Notes under the pieces: model-generated
Told to the model about the DNA's origin: nothing
Databases searched by the model: none
Seen by the model: the letters and a program-made list of their open reading frames with translations, nothing else
Position numbers and translations under genes: made by a program
IMG/VR virus record: IMGVR_UViG_3300017714_002351
Span: 1 to 60,236 of that record
DNA length: 60,236 nucleotides
From: a virus
Lineage: Duplodnaviria > Caudoviricetes
Direction: 5' to 3' (one strand)
Shown: in pieces, positions 46,759 to 56,466 of the stretch
Layout of the letters: each line of letters starts with the position of its first letter
Numbering within the stretch: position 1 is the stretch's first letter

Positions 46759-47322
46759 ATGAAAAAAGTATACGAACAATATTCAGTTGATGAGAGGATA
46801 GAAGCAACTCTACATGATAATGACATTCATTACTTGAGTGGAGAGCTAGATAATGACAATATCTCCAAAGCAATCAAATGGATAGTATCAGCAAATCTTG
46901 TAAAAAGACCAAAACGTAAACTAACATTGTACGTGAATACAGTAGGTGGAGACCTATATGAAATGTTCGGACTGATCGATGTTATGAGAGATAGCTATCA
47001 TACTATTTCTACAGTAGGTATTGGAGCAGTAATGAGTGCTGGATTTTTGATATTTGCAAGTGGTAAACAAGGTGAAAGATATATCGGTAAGAACACAGGT
47101 ATAATGAACCATCAACACTCAGACACAATGGAATCTAAGATGCACGACATGAAAGCACAGATGAAAGAGAACAACAACTGTGAACAAAGATGTATGCAGA
47201 TATTAAGAGATGCAACTGGATACAGTTTAGCAGACGTTCGTAAAAAATTCAATAACCCATCAGACCAATACTTTACTGCCAAGCAGTTAATTGACTTAAA
47301 AGTCGCAGATCATATACTTTAA
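46759..47322 (+). CDS. clpP: ClpP-like serine protease subunit
   Basis: LYVNTVGG, GAVMSAG (Ser), MNHQ (His), DQYFTA (Asp), VADHI. Confidence 0.85.
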   Translation: MKKVYEQYSVDERIEATLHDNDIHYLSGELDNDNISKAIKWIVSANLVKRPKRKLTLYVNTVGGDLYEMFGLIDVMRDSYHTISTVGIGAVMSAGFLIFASGKQGERYIGKNTGIMNHQHSDTMESKMHDMKAQMKENNNCEQRCMQILRDATGYSLADVRKKFNNPSDQYFTAKQLIDLKVADHIL

Positions 47323-47329
47323 TTTCTGG

Positions 47330-47358
47330 TTGACAAACCAATACATTGATGTTATAGT
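47330..47358 (+). promoter_or_regulatory. Sigma70-like promoter
   Basis: TTGACA-17-TATAGT. Confidence 0.75.
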
Positions 47359-47387
47359 ATTACTATAATTAGGCAAGTGAGGCAACA

Positions 47388-48086
47388 ATGAATAATAAGG
47401 TTAAAAAATTTCCGTTGGTAGACATACTATCGGCAAGTTTCGCCGCATATAGAATCAATGGCGACTACTACAGAGAAACTAGACGTTTCGAAGAATCACC
47501 TACACAGTTTTCAAACAAGGATTGCCTAGTAGAACAATTTAGAAACGACGAACACTTTTCACCACCAGACTGGCAACAGATGACAATCAAAGATGAAGAC
47601 TTGCAAAATGCAGTTGCATCAGTTGAATGGATCAATAAAGAAAACACTTTGGCCATAATGGCTGATACGTTATCCGATTACATGAAGAACCTTATTACTT
47701 GTCTAAACACACAACAGTTAACCAAAGAACAATTTGGTGTTGTTGCAGTTACGCCAAAGATATATTTTGAAGGCAAGAAGAAGAAAGATGTTAAGAAATC
47801 TCTTAAAACTAACTTCTCTGAGTCAAAACACATAAGTACTATTGGAAGTACTTTTCAAGGTGAGTTTACTTTGCATGAAATCAAGTTTGTAGATAAGTTT
47901 AGTTGCCACGTACTGAATGGGTCGTGCAACGGCAACCTAGTTAGCTTTTTTAAGAGCTTCGATCAAACCAAAGAATTACCAAAAGAGAGTACCACCTTTA
48001 ACATTAAGGCAAAAATTAAGAGGCATGGGGAAAACTTTATTACCAAATTCCCTGAAACGATTTTAAATTACGTAAAGATAGGTTGA
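47388..48086 (+). CDS. Hypothetical protein
   Basis: GAGG RBS; C-terminal ETILNYVK. Confidence 0.7.
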   Translation: MNNKVKKFPLVDILSASFAAYRINGDYYRETRRFEESPTQFSNKDCLVEQFRNDEHFSPPDWQQMTIKDEDLQNAVASVEWINKENTLAIMADTLSDYMKNLITCLNTQQLTKEQFGVVAVTPKIYFEGKKKKDVKKSLKTNFSESKHISTIGSTFQGEFTLHEIKFVDKFSCHVLNGSCNGNLVSFFKSFDQTKELPKESTTFNIKAKIKRHGENFITKFPETILNYVKIG

Positions 48087-48154
48087 CAAAACTGAAGAAT
48101 TATAGTAATATTAAAACAATGTCAATCTATTGTAAACTTATTGGAGATAGTACA

Positions 48155-48379
48155 ATGGCGAATCACAAGTTTGTTACAATAGAAGAAGTCCTCGATACAG
48201 ATGATTGGGGATTGATAATTAATAAGAACGGTGAACTGAAAGGTCTTTACGTTCCTAAAGGACAAGAAGACGATGAAGTACCTCAAGCTATAGCGACACT
48301 ATGCGAAAAGTACTTTAACGTTAATTGGGCTGATGAGGACGTATTCATGGAGACAGCCGGACAGAACACATTACACTAA
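48155..48379 (+). CDS. Small hypothetical protein
   Basis: GGAG RBS before ATG 48155. Confidence 0.65.
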   Translation: MANHKFVTIEEVLDTDDWGLIINKNGELKGLYVPKGQEDDEVPQAIATLCEKYFNVNWADEDVFMETAGQNTLH

Positions 48380-48388
48380 AGGAGAAAT

Positions 48389-48583
48389 ATGGAAGTAATA
48401 GTTAGAAATAACAATGTTGAAAAAGCCCTTAGAGTTATGAAACGTAAAATGAAAAAAGAAGGTTTACTTTTAGAACTTAAGGAAAGAGCATACTACCAAA
48501 AGCCAAGTGAGAAAAAACGTTTGGCTAAAAAACGTGGTATCAAGAGAGCATTAAAGTTACAAAAAGAAAGAAACAGAATATAA
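48389..48583 (+). CDS. rpsU: Ribosomal protein bS21, copy 2
   Basis: MEVIVRNNNVEKALRVMKRKMKKEGLLLELKERAYYQKPSEKKR. Confidence 0.92.
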   Translation: MEVIVRNNNVEKALRVMKRKMKKEGLLLELKERAYYQKPSEKKRLAKKRGIKRALKLQKERNRI

Positions 48584-48602
48584 CACTAAGGAAGGGAAGT
48601 AC

Positions 48603-49088
48603 TTGAAATTTTTTAAGAATAAAACTGATGACTTCTTTAGATGGGTCAAGGGTACAGAGCTAGTTGAACTAGACGACATTGACGTATCTGAGGATCCTGT
48701 AAGACCTGATTTAACATTAGGTTGGCGTATCACAAAAGGTCGTAAGATATACGGTTTGAAATACGAGGACGAGATAGAAGGCATTATTTGTATTGCATAT
48801 ACTAATGATGTTCCAGAGAATGTAAAGGAACTTGATATGATGAGTGAACTCGTACATATGAAAGAAGAAGTTCCAAAGGTTGCTATCGCATACACAGTTT
48901 GGTCACGTAAACGTGGAGCAGGTAGAGAGATCATTCAAAAGATTTTATCTCATGCAAAAGAACAGGGCATTGAAAGAGTTATTACACTATCGCCATTAAC
49001 ACCTATGGCAACACACTTCCACATACGTAACGGTGCTAAACAAATAAGCATCAATGACACATCACAGAATTTTGAATATGAACTATGA
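48603..49088 (+). CDS. Hypothetical protein, GNAT-like fold
   Basis: YTVWS...RGAGREII...TLSP...FHIRNGA. Confidence 0.6.
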   Translation: MKFFKNKTDDFFRWVKGTELVELDDIDVSEDPVRPDLTLGWRITKGRKIYGLKYEDEIEGIICIAYTNDVPENVKELDMMSELVHMKEEVPKVAIAYTVWSRKRGAGREIIQKILSHAKEQGIERVITLSPLTPMATHFHIRNGAKQISINDTSQNFEYEL

Positions 49089-49332
49089 GTTTGAAGATTA
49101 TAGGAAGAAACCACCTAAGCCTATGCTAGGCAGTTTTCCTTTTTGGGAAGTACCCAATATCTTAGTAACTGATTATCTAGTTAAGATAGTTGCGTTCTTA
49201 TTCTTAATACCAGCATTGTTTGGAATGGCCCTAACGACTACAGGATTGTTAATAAACTTCTTGTTGGTGGACTTTATTATGTATAAATCATATCAAAGTA
49301 AAATTAATAAACTATGGGGTAAAGATGAATAA
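49078..49332 (+). CDS. Small membrane protein
   Basis: Two hydrophobic segments; overlapping neighbours. Confidence 0.6.
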   Translation: MNYEFEDYRKKPPKPMLGSFPFWEVPNILVTDYLVKIVAFLFLIPALFGMALTTTGLLINFLLVDFIMYKSYQSKINKLWGKDE

Positions 49333-49555
49333 AAACTACGATTCTAAATGCACTATTACTTGCACCGATAATGACGTTGTTGCTGAAGCAGACGTTGATA
49401 GGTTTGAGGAAGGACAATTTGTTGAAGTGTTTATAGCACAGAACAAAATTAAGATGATGTACACTGGTAGAGTGTATGTTGGTAATAAGATGGGCATGGA
49501 ATTTACTACTCCTGGACCTAGAACTTTTAACATAAAGCAAGGAAGAGGTTTATGA
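49325..49555 (+). CDS. Small hypothetical protein
   Basis: YVGNKMGMEFT; operon position. Confidence 0.65.
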   Translation: MNKNYDSKCTITCTDNDVVAEADVDRFEEGQFVEVFIAQNKIKMMYTGRVYVGNKMGMEFTTPGPRTFNIKQGRGL

Positions 49556-49830
49556 GTTTAGATCAAATAGCAGAATTAAAAGGAATACCCACCAAGGATA
49601 CGTTAATCAAGTTACTGAAAGAGCAAACTGCTACAGTAACTTTTTTAAAACTTGATGGCGACGAACGTGTAATGACTTGTACCAAAGACCTAAGAGTTAT
49701 ACCAGAAGCTAATCACCCTAAGACAACCAAAGAAGCTCACGAGAAGAACATCACAGTATGGGACACTAATGCCAAAGGATATCGTTCCTTTGTGTATGAT
49801 AGAGTTAGAAAGGTTGTTATAAATGGGTAG
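49552..49830 (+). CDS. WYL_2/Sm-like SH3-fold protein
   Basis: VTFLKLDGDERVMTCT...VWDTNAKGYRSF. Confidence 0.7.
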   Translation: MSLDQIAELKGIPTKDTLIKLLKEQTATVTFLKLDGDERVMTCTKDLRVIPEANHPKTTKEAHEKNITVWDTNAKGYRSFVYDRVRKVVING

Positions 49831-50113
49831 AATTTTTAGTCAAGAGTTATACGGTCCAGATGGAAAGTTTTTAAATTTATCAAAATATAATGTTGTTTAT
49901 GTAGTTAGGCAAATGGTCAAGGAGAAATTATGTAAGACTCCTGTTGAAGCTCTCCAAATGTTAGAGCATCATGACATAGATGTTGACGGCTTACTCGAAA
50001 GAGCGGTCAATGGAACTATGCCAGAGGTAAGTACTACTGATGACGAAACAGAAGACCAAACAAGAGGCAGTGAGGAAGCACCGGGACTTTCCAGGGAATC
50101 TGATAAAAGTTAA
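49823..50113 (+). CDS. Hypothetical protein
   Basis: Operon position. Confidence 0.5.
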   Translation: MGRIFSQELYGPDGKFLNLSKYNVVYVVRQMVKEKLCKTPVEALQMLEHHDIDVDGLLERAVNGTMPEVSTTDDETEDQTRGSEEAPGLSRESDKS

Positions 50114-50240
50114 TATACTTGAACAAGAAATTGAGTATGCCAAAAGTTGTTTACAAGAACACGACACAGGACATATTCATACTGCAATAAGTTGGTTGGA
50201 AGATCGCGTAAATGAACTAAAGGGGATTTATGACAGATGA
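50040..50240 (+). CDS. Small hypothetical protein
   Basis: EHDTGHIHTAISWL; GAGG RBS. Confidence 0.65.
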   Translation: MTKQKTKQEAVRKHRDFPGNLIKVNILEQEIEYAKSCLQEHDTGHIHTAISWLEDRVNELKGIYDR

Positions 50241-50424
50241 TAGATCAGAAGATGCAACATACGAAAACGAAGGTAGCACAGTAACAATACCTTTGAAGGA
50301 CTACGACAAGCTACGTGAAAGACAAACTTACATTACAGATAAAAGTTTGATTTCAGTGATTGATAAGATCGAGGAACTTGTTAGAGCATTGAGAAAGCAC
50401 ATTGTTAGATCAGAGTTTGATTAA
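50230..50424 (+). CDS. Small hypothetical protein
   Basis: DATYENE...VTIPLKDYDKLR. Confidence 0.65.
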   Translation: MTDDRSEDATYENEGSTVTIPLKDYDKLRERQTYITDKSLISVIDKIEELVRALRKHIVRSEFD

Positions 50425-50432
50425 TCTTACAA

Positions 50433-50508
50433 GCCGCTTTAGCTCAGTTGGTAGAGCAACTGATTTGTAATCAGTAGGTCCGCGGTTCGAATCCGTGAAG
50501 CGGCACCA
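50433..50508 (+). tRNA. tRNA-Thr(TGT)
   Basis: GCCGCTT/AAGCGGC acceptor, TTTGTAA loop, GTTCGAAT, CCA. Confidence 0.95.
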
Positions 50509-50522
50509 CTATTGAGAAGATT

Positions 50523-51260
50523 ATGGATATAGAAACAAAAGAATTTTACGAAGCACACAAAAATAAGGATTTTACATTTCCAGAGTTACCAGCTGACGTT
50601 AACCCTAAGATGGGTTATTCAGTTGGCAAATGGTTATTCCAACTATTGCTAGACAATAAGATAGGTTGGATAGATCTTGATTTAAAAAGTGTTAACCCAC
50701 CAGACTACGAAGACTTTGGTTTTAACTTTAAGATTAGATTAGAAACTGATAGGGTAGTGGAACACACCAAGCCATTACCATTAGGCGATGTCAAAGGTGT
50801 TACCGTTTACAATAATCAATGGCATAAACTTGAAGGTGCTGATATGACACAAACGGCACAATGGTGGTTTGATAATAGTGCTTGTGATAAACTAGCCAAG
50901 ATTAACTATTGGCGTATTGAGCCTGAAGGATATGCACGACCGCATAACTTTAACATGGTAGAGCCAACTGATAACGTAGACACAATAGATTTAATTAGCT
51001 GGCCAATTCCATTAATGATTTGTATGGAAGAGCCAGGACTAGATTGTCATACAGTAGTAGAAGACTTTGGTATTGTACCATCACAGTTAGGTAAGGTATT
51101 CCTTATTAATCCAAATAAGAAACGTTGCATAGTAAACACAGGAATACAACCAAGCACAAGACAGTTTGCCTTTGTAAGAATGGGTATACAATTTCAAAGG
51201 TTTATGGATCTACTTGCTAGAAGCTATCATAGACACATGATGTTACAAGGTAAACAGTAA
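50523..51260 (+). CDS. Hypothetical protein, possibly degenerate cupin/oxygenase
   Basis: RIEPEGYARPH...GKVFLIN resembles a double-stranded beta-helix oxygenase without full metal ligands. Confidence 0.45.
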   Translation: MDIETKEFYEAHKNKDFTFPELPADVNPKMGYSVGKWLFQLLLDNKIGWIDLDLKSVNPPDYEDFGFNFKIRLETDRVVEHTKPLPLGDVKGVTVYNNQWHKLEGADMTQTAQWWFDNSACDKLAKINYWRIEPEGYARPHNFNMVEPTDNVDTIDLISWPIPLMICMEEPGLDCHTVVEDFGIVPSQLGKVFLINPNKKRCIVNTGIQPSTRQFAFVRMGIQFQRFMDLLARSYHRHMMLQGKQ

Positions 51261-51859
51261 TGTATATTTTAACACCACCACAACATAGAGATAATCCACC
51301 ACCAGAATATTGTGTGGAACAATGGGGATTGAACGATAAGATAGTAAACGACCTCCATGACTGGGTTCGAACGAACAATCCTGTTCAGAACGCAGGTTAC
51401 GTTAAGGAAGGTGAAGCTGAACACGATTACGAGTTACGTTCAACAGACATAAGTTGGATTGACACAAACACCAATCCAGAGTTGTATAACTTATTAGGTG
51501 GCGTTATACATCATGCAAACGATTTTCATTTTAAATATTCTATCACGTATTTAGAAACACTCCAATATAGTGTTTATAATGCAGATAAGAAAGGTCATTA
51601 TTCAATGCACTCTGACGCAGGGTTCAAAGGTGTTAATGGTGACAGTAGAAAGATTTCATTTAGTTGTTTACTAAATGACCCAAGCGAGTTTGAAGGAGGC
51701 GCATTAACATTGATGCCAGACTCGATTGGTTACCCTATCCAATTAAAGAAATATGAGATATGTTTCTTCCCTAGTTGGATGCCTCACAAAGTAGTACCAG
51801 TAACAAAAGGCACACGTAAGTCATTAGTTGGTTGGGTACATGGACCCGATTTTGTATAA
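51260..51859 (+). CDS. 2OG-Fe(II) oxygenase (prolyl-hydroxylase-like)
   Basis: HSD, RKISFS, FEGG, FPSWMPHKVVPVTKGTRKSLVGW. Confidence 0.9.
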   Translation: MYILTPPQHRDNPPPEYCVEQWGLNDKIVNDLHDWVRTNNPVQNAGYVKEGEAEHDYELRSTDISWIDTNTNPELYNLLGGVIHHANDFHFKYSITYLETLQYSVYNADKKGHYSMHSDAGFKGVNGDSRKISFSCLLNDPSEFEGGALTLMPDSIGYPIQLKKYEICFFPSWMPHKVVPVTKGTRKSLVGWVHGPDFV

Positions 51860-51939
51860 TTGGCAAACAAGTATTTGACTTTACTAGATTTTTAGTGTAT
51901 ACTGTAACAGTATTTGAAACTTAATTAAGGAGATATTAC

Positions 51940-52188
51940 ATGAAAAATACAATTCAAGATAGTGTATTGACCGCACTTAAAAACGGATCAGAACTAACTT
52001 CAGCTCAACTTAAGAGCAAGTTTAAAGCAGGTAACCCACAAGCGGTTATCCAATCTTTGAGATTCGCAGGATACCCTGTGTACTTAAACACTACTAAGAC
52101 TGGTGCTAAAAAGTACAGATTAGGTTCTGCCTCAAGAGCAGTAGTTGCCGCTGGTTACAAAGCAATGGCATCTGCATCAAGAAGCTAA
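51940..52188 (+). CDS. Small winged-HTH-like protein
   Basis: VLTALKNGSELT...SLRFAGYPVYLN...YRLG; own promoter TTGACT-17-TATACT (51875..51903) and terminator. Confidence 0.65.
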   Translation: MKNTIQDSVLTALKNGSELTSAQLKSKFKAGNPQAVIQSLRFAGYPVYLNTTKTGAKKYRLGSASRAVVAAGYKAMASASRS

Positions 52189-52207
52189 TTTAGTTTCTTA
52201 GTTTTTA

Positions 52208-52245
52208 AAAAGGGCCGATCATTCATTTGTTCGGCCTTTTTTTTT
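52208..52245 (+). terminator. Intrinsic terminator
   Basis: GGGCCGA...TCGGCCT then long T-run. Confidence 0.8.
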
Positions 52246-52261
52246 GACTAAATATTCTACA

Positions 52262-52432
52262 ATGAAGCTGGCACTGATCATAGCACTCTCCCTAGTTCTA
52301 CTGATCTCCTGTGTTAGAAAAATGGATTGTGATGTTAAGGCATCGGCTGATGTGAAAACAATACACGAACCTACCATTAAAGAACTCCAAGATAAAGTTA
52401 TTCCAAAAGCTGAAGTCGGCTGTAGATTCTAA
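52262..52432 (+). CDS. Small lipoprotein-like protein
   Basis: MKLALIIALSLVLLISC. Confidence 0.6.
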   Translation: MKLALIIALSLVLLISCVRKMDCDVKASADVKTIHEPTIKELQDKVIPKAEVGCRF

Positions 52433-52468
52433 TTGACAAAACCAAAATAATGCACTATACTATATACA

Positions 52469-52545
52469 CGGCCCATAGCTCAGTTGGATAGAGCGCCAGT
52501 TTGCGGAACTGGAGGTCAGGAGTTCGAATCTCTTTGGGCCGGCCA
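52469..52545 (+). tRNA. tRNA-Arg(GCG)
   Basis: CGGCCCA/TGGGCCG acceptor, CCAGT-TTGCGGA-ACTGG anticodon arm, GTTCGAAT, CCA; promoter TTGACA-17-TATACT at 52433..52461. Confidence 0.9.
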
Positions 52546-52554
52546 AAAAAAGAC

Positions 52555-52583
52555 TTGACAAATGAATATATTGATTATATAAT
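52555..52583 (+). promoter_or_regulatory. Consensus sigma70 promoter
   Basis: TTGACA-17-TATAAT. Confidence 0.85.
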
Positions 52584-52610
52584 GTATATAATAATTAAAG
52601 AGAGGCACAA

Positions 52611-53939
52611 ATGAGAACACAACCCCAGGCAATAATCGAAAAGCTAGAAGCAGACAATTCACGTCTTGCTAAAGAATCAATATTATTAGACGCAATGAAT
52701 GAAGGACTAGATGAGTTCTTTGAAGGTGTACGTATGGCACTTGATCCATTATACACATTTGGCGTTAAGCAAGTTCCAACAAAGGACACAGTAATCAGTG
52801 GACAAGGTTGTGAATGGAAGGTATTCGTAGAACTTGCAGATAAACTTAACAAAAGAGAATTAACTGGTCATGCGGCCAGAGATGCTATTGAGCTTGTAAT
52901 GAGTTCAGCGACAGCAGAACAATGGAATGGTTTTTACAGACGTATCCTTATTAAAGATTTACGTTGTGGCGTAAGTGAAAAGACAGTAAACAATGTAGCA
53001 AAGAAAAATAACTTTGACAAATACATTGTTCCTACATTTACCTGTCAACTTGCACATGACTCAGCTAACCACGAAAAGAAGATGGTTGGTCCTAAACAAA
53101 TAGAAATTAAACTTGATGGTGTTAGAGTACTAACAGTTATCAAAGATGGCAAGGTTGAGATGTTTAGCAGGAATGGTAAGCAGTTTCATAACTTTGGACA
53201 TATCATAGAAGAACTAGAAGCAGTATTAAAAGAAAAGCCTGCTCCATATGATCTAGTATTGGACGGAGAGGTAATGAGTGCTAACTTCCAAGACCTAATG
53301 AAACAGGTACATAGAAAGAGTGGAGGTGTTGCCAAAGACGCAGTACTACATTTATTTGATATGATTCCATTAGACAAGTTCTTAGAAGGAAAGTATGAAG
53401 TAGAGCAATCAAAAAGAAGTCAGTATGTATGGCATTGGGTTGAAGCTAATAAAGACGCCTTAGAGCACGTACAAGCACTGGACTGGGAAGATGTGGATCT
53501 AAGTAGCCCTGAAGGCCAAGATCGCTTTGTAGAGCTTAATAAAGCGGCTGTAGACGGTGGATATGAAGGAGTTATGATCAAAGATCAACAAGCAGTATAC
53601 GAATGTAAGAGATCTCATGCTTGGTTAAAAGCCAAACCTTTCATCGAGATTACATTAAAAGTAGTTGCAGTTGAAGAAGGAACTGGACGAAATGAAGGTA
53701 GACTTGGCGCAATCATAGTAGAAGGAGAAGACGATGGATACAATTATCACCTTAACTGTGGAAGTGGTTTCACTGACAGTCAACGTGATCAGTTCTGGAC
53801 TGACCGTACTAACATCATTGGTTCTTTAGTAGAAATTAGAGCAGACGCTCGTACAAAATCACAAGATTCAGACACATACAGTTTACGTTTTCCTAGATTT
53901 AAAACTTTTAGATCAGATGAAAATGGCGAAAAAATATAA
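52611..53939 (+). CDS. ATP-dependent DNA ligase
   Basis: KLDGVR, LDGEV, YEGVMIK, WLKAK, SLRFPRF. Confidence 0.95.
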   Translation: MRTQPQAIIEKLEADNSRLAKESILLDAMNEGLDEFFEGVRMALDPLYTFGVKQVPTKDTVISGQGCEWKVFVELADKLNKRELTGHAARDAIELVMSSATAEQWNGFYRRILIKDLRCGVSEKTVNNVAKKNNFDKYIVPTFTCQLAHDSANHEKKMVGPKQIEIKLDGVRVLTVIKDGKVEMFSRNGKQFHNFGHIIEELEAVLKEKPAPYDLVLDGEVMSANFQDLMKQVHRKSGGVAKDAVLHLFDMIPLDKFLEGKYEVEQSKRSQYVWHWVEANKDALEHVQALDWEDVDLSSPEGQDRFVELNKAAVDGGYEGVMIKDQQAVYECKRSHAWLKAKPFIEITLKVVAVEEGTGRNEGRLGAIIVEGEDDGYNYHLNCGSGFTDSQRDQFWTDRTNIIGSLVEIRADARTKSQDSDTYSLRFPRFKTFRSDENGEKI

Positions 53940-54022
53940 GATTAAAAGTCATTTTTAGTAGACTTTTATTTTTTTTGCTATATAGTAACTGTGTTAGACA
54001 TATTTTTGCAGGAGATTGAAGA

Positions 54023-55321
54023 TTGGCTAAATCACTTTTAAAAGGTGCACCTCGTAAAAAGAAGAGAGCCACGAGACGTGTAAGCCAAAAGAATTATGAG
54101 CCGGATATATCGAAGGCGAGTGAACTTGATGGGCCGGCCTATGGGAGACTAAAGGACCATGCTTATTCCTATTATAGGATGGAGTTTAAAGGTGCTGACT
54201 ACAAAAGATGGATTCTTGAGTATTGTAAGGACAAGCCTGAATGGAAGAAACACATAAAGGCTATAGGAAAGAATCCGGAATGGCGTTTTAGTTGTACACT
54301 TGGTACAAGTTGTAGACTAATGAATAAAGGCCTTCCGTCTTTGCACAAACCTTACGCAGACTATTGGAAAGAACTTCCAGGTACTATGGGAGAAATCAAA
54401 CCAATGGAAGATTTTATAGATAAACAATTAAAAGAATTGATTATTGAAGGAAGTAAAGTGATTGAAGAAGTAAAGAAAAAAGAAATTGAAGAACAAAAAC
54501 TTGAAGCACGTAAGCCAAGTATACAGGAACGTATCGCATCGCAGTCATTACTGATGATGGGTGCAGTTGATGATTGGCTGGATACCTGGGGAAGTAATCC
54601 AGGCAAGTTTGATCCTAAGTCCTTTAGAATTAGCAAACATCTTAATGATGTAAAGTGTACACAGGCTCATGCACGTAAGATCAAAGAGTGGTATACAAGC
54701 GAGATAGCAGAATTTACAGAAGTATTACAACCACCAAGCAAGGCCCAACGTGATGCAATGAGTGAACGTGATCGAGACTATGCGGAACAGTTGATAGAAG
54801 CATACAGTGACTTTGAAAAGAAAGATGTTAAGAAGTATCTTGAAGCATTAACATTGTTTATGGGTGCTTGTGATATAATCATTGACACAGCCAAAGCAAA
54901 TAGAAAGCCACGTAAACGTATCCGTAGCAAAGAGAAGATGGTATCTAAATTAAGGTTTAGAGTCAACGATGAGAAGTTCCAGTTAGCAAGTATCAACCCA
55001 CAAGAGATCATTGGTGCAGAAGAGCTTTGGGTGTTTAACATCAAAACACGTAAGCTAGGTAGGTATGTTGCTAGTAGCAAAGATCCACTACATCAACGTA
55101 GAGAAGGTACAGGATTAAGTGTTAAAGGTACTACTATCATAGGCTTTAGCGAAGAAGAATCCATACAAAAAACACTACGTAAACCAGAAGAAAAGCTGAA
55201 AGAGTTTAAAGATGCTGGAAAAATCAAGATCAAGAAGTTCTTGGACGAGATCAATGCAGTAGATATCAAGCTCAATGGTCGTATCAATCCTGAGACGATT
55301 TTGCTAAAAACAATAGATTAA
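54023..55321 (+). CDS. Hypothetical phage protein
   Basis: GGAG RBS; WVFNIKTRKLGRY...QKTLRKP...LNGRIN. Confidence 0.75.
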   Translation: MAKSLLKGAPRKKKRATRRVSQKNYEPDISKASELDGPAYGRLKDHAYSYYRMEFKGADYKRWILEYCKDKPEWKKHIKAIGKNPEWRFSCTLGTSCRLMNKGLPSLHKPYADYWKELPGTMGEIKPMEDFIDKQLKELIIEGSKVIEEVKKKEIEEQKLEARKPSIQERIASQSLLMMGAVDDWLDTWGSNPGKFDPKSFRISKHLNDVKCTQAHARKIKEWYTSEIAEFTEVLQPPSKAQRDAMSERDRDYAEQLIEAYSDFEKKDVKKYLEALTLFMGACDIIIDTAKANRKPRKRIRSKEKMVSKLRFRVNDEKFQLASINPQEIIGAEELWVFNIKTRKLGRYVASSKDPLHQRREGTGLSVKGTTIIGFSEEESIQKTLRKPEEKLKEFKDAGKIKIKKFLDEINAVDIKLNGRINPETILLKTID

Positions 55322-55352
55322 ACCAAACAATACAAGTTTGATAAATACTTAC

Positions 55353-56465
55353 ATGAGCACACATGACATCCAAGATTCTGAATTAAAAGCAGTACAAGAC
55401 GGGCTAGTGCAGTTAGGCAAGTCCATTGAAACTATTGCGAAGCGTCAATTACCTAAACCTGAATTTCTTAATAACGAAATCAGTGGAGACAAAATCCATG
55501 GTGGAACTATTACAGAATTTAGTACAATGGGTATACAAGATAGAGCTACGAAACTTGAATTAGTGGTTGAAAACAATCTTGTAAGTACTGACAACTTAAA
55601 AGTTGGACTACTTAAGAATAGTGTTAGAGTAGAAGAAGACTTAACAGTAGCAGGTACTATCAAAGCGGCTAGACTTGAAGTAGACGAAGTCAAGGCTGAT
55701 GTACGTAATGACAGAACAAGTCCATTAAACTTTGATTGTGAGAACGAATCACCTTACGGAAAAGGTTTGATGTGGACTGGAGCAGGGCATACTAAACAAT
55801 TAGTGATGCAAGGCAATCCAGATAGGATTTGGTCAAGTGAGATCATAGATACTCATGGTGAGTATCGAATAGGAAACATAACAGTACTATCTTCAAATGA
55901 ACTAGGAGCAGACGTTACTAAATCTAGTTTGACTGAAGTAGGTACATTAAGAAACCTTAGAACAGAAGGTAATTTTGTATTAGACCAGTTTATATTTTAT
56001 GATGGTGACGGTATGCGTTTGGGCATTGGCTCAGAAGCACCTAACGGTCAGTTAAGTGTTGCTGGTAACGAAGTAGAGTTTATTGTTGATCCAGGGTATG
56101 ATACAGTAAAGGTTGGAGCATTTACAACAAGTGATGTAGAACTTATTACTGATGATCAAACTAGAATCAAACTTAAAGCAAACAATCGAATTGAAGTTGG
56201 AACTGACGCTGATACTATTACTACTGTAAAAGGTAAACTAGGAATAGGTGTTAACAACCCAGATGTTTGTTTTAGTACATCAGGACCAATCAAATTTGAA
56301 AACAAGAAGTTTGAAGTAGGATCAGATGTTCCACAAAGTGGTAATTACAAACGTGGGGACATTGTATGGAATGACACTCCAAGTCCAACAGGATTTGTAG
56401 GGTGGGTCTGTATAAAAGATGGCACCCCAGGAGAGTGGAAACCATTTGGCCAAATAGGGGCTTAA
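55353..56465 (+). CDS. Putative virion structural/fibre protein
   Basis: Late promoter; SSLTEVGTL, LGIG repeats, C-terminal GDIVWN...GWVC...W module. Confidence 0.6.
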   Translation: MSTHDIQDSELKAVQDGLVQLGKSIETIAKRQLPKPEFLNNEISGDKIHGGTITEFSTMGIQDRATKLELVVENNLVSTDNLKVGLLKNSVRVEEDLTVAGTIKAARLEVDEVKADVRNDRTSPLNFDCENESPYGKGLMWTGAGHTKQLVMQGNPDRIWSSEIIDTHGEYRIGNITVLSSNELGADVTKSSLTEVGTLRNLRTEGNFVLDQFIFYDGDGMRLGIGSEAPNGQLSVAGNEVEFIVDPGYDTVKVGAFTTSDVELITDDQTRIKLKANNRIEVGTDADTITTVKGKLGIGVNNPDVCFSTSGPIKFENKKFEVGSDVPQSGNYKRGDIVWNDTPSPTGFVGWVCIKDGTPGEWKPFGQIGA

Positions 56466-56466
56466 A

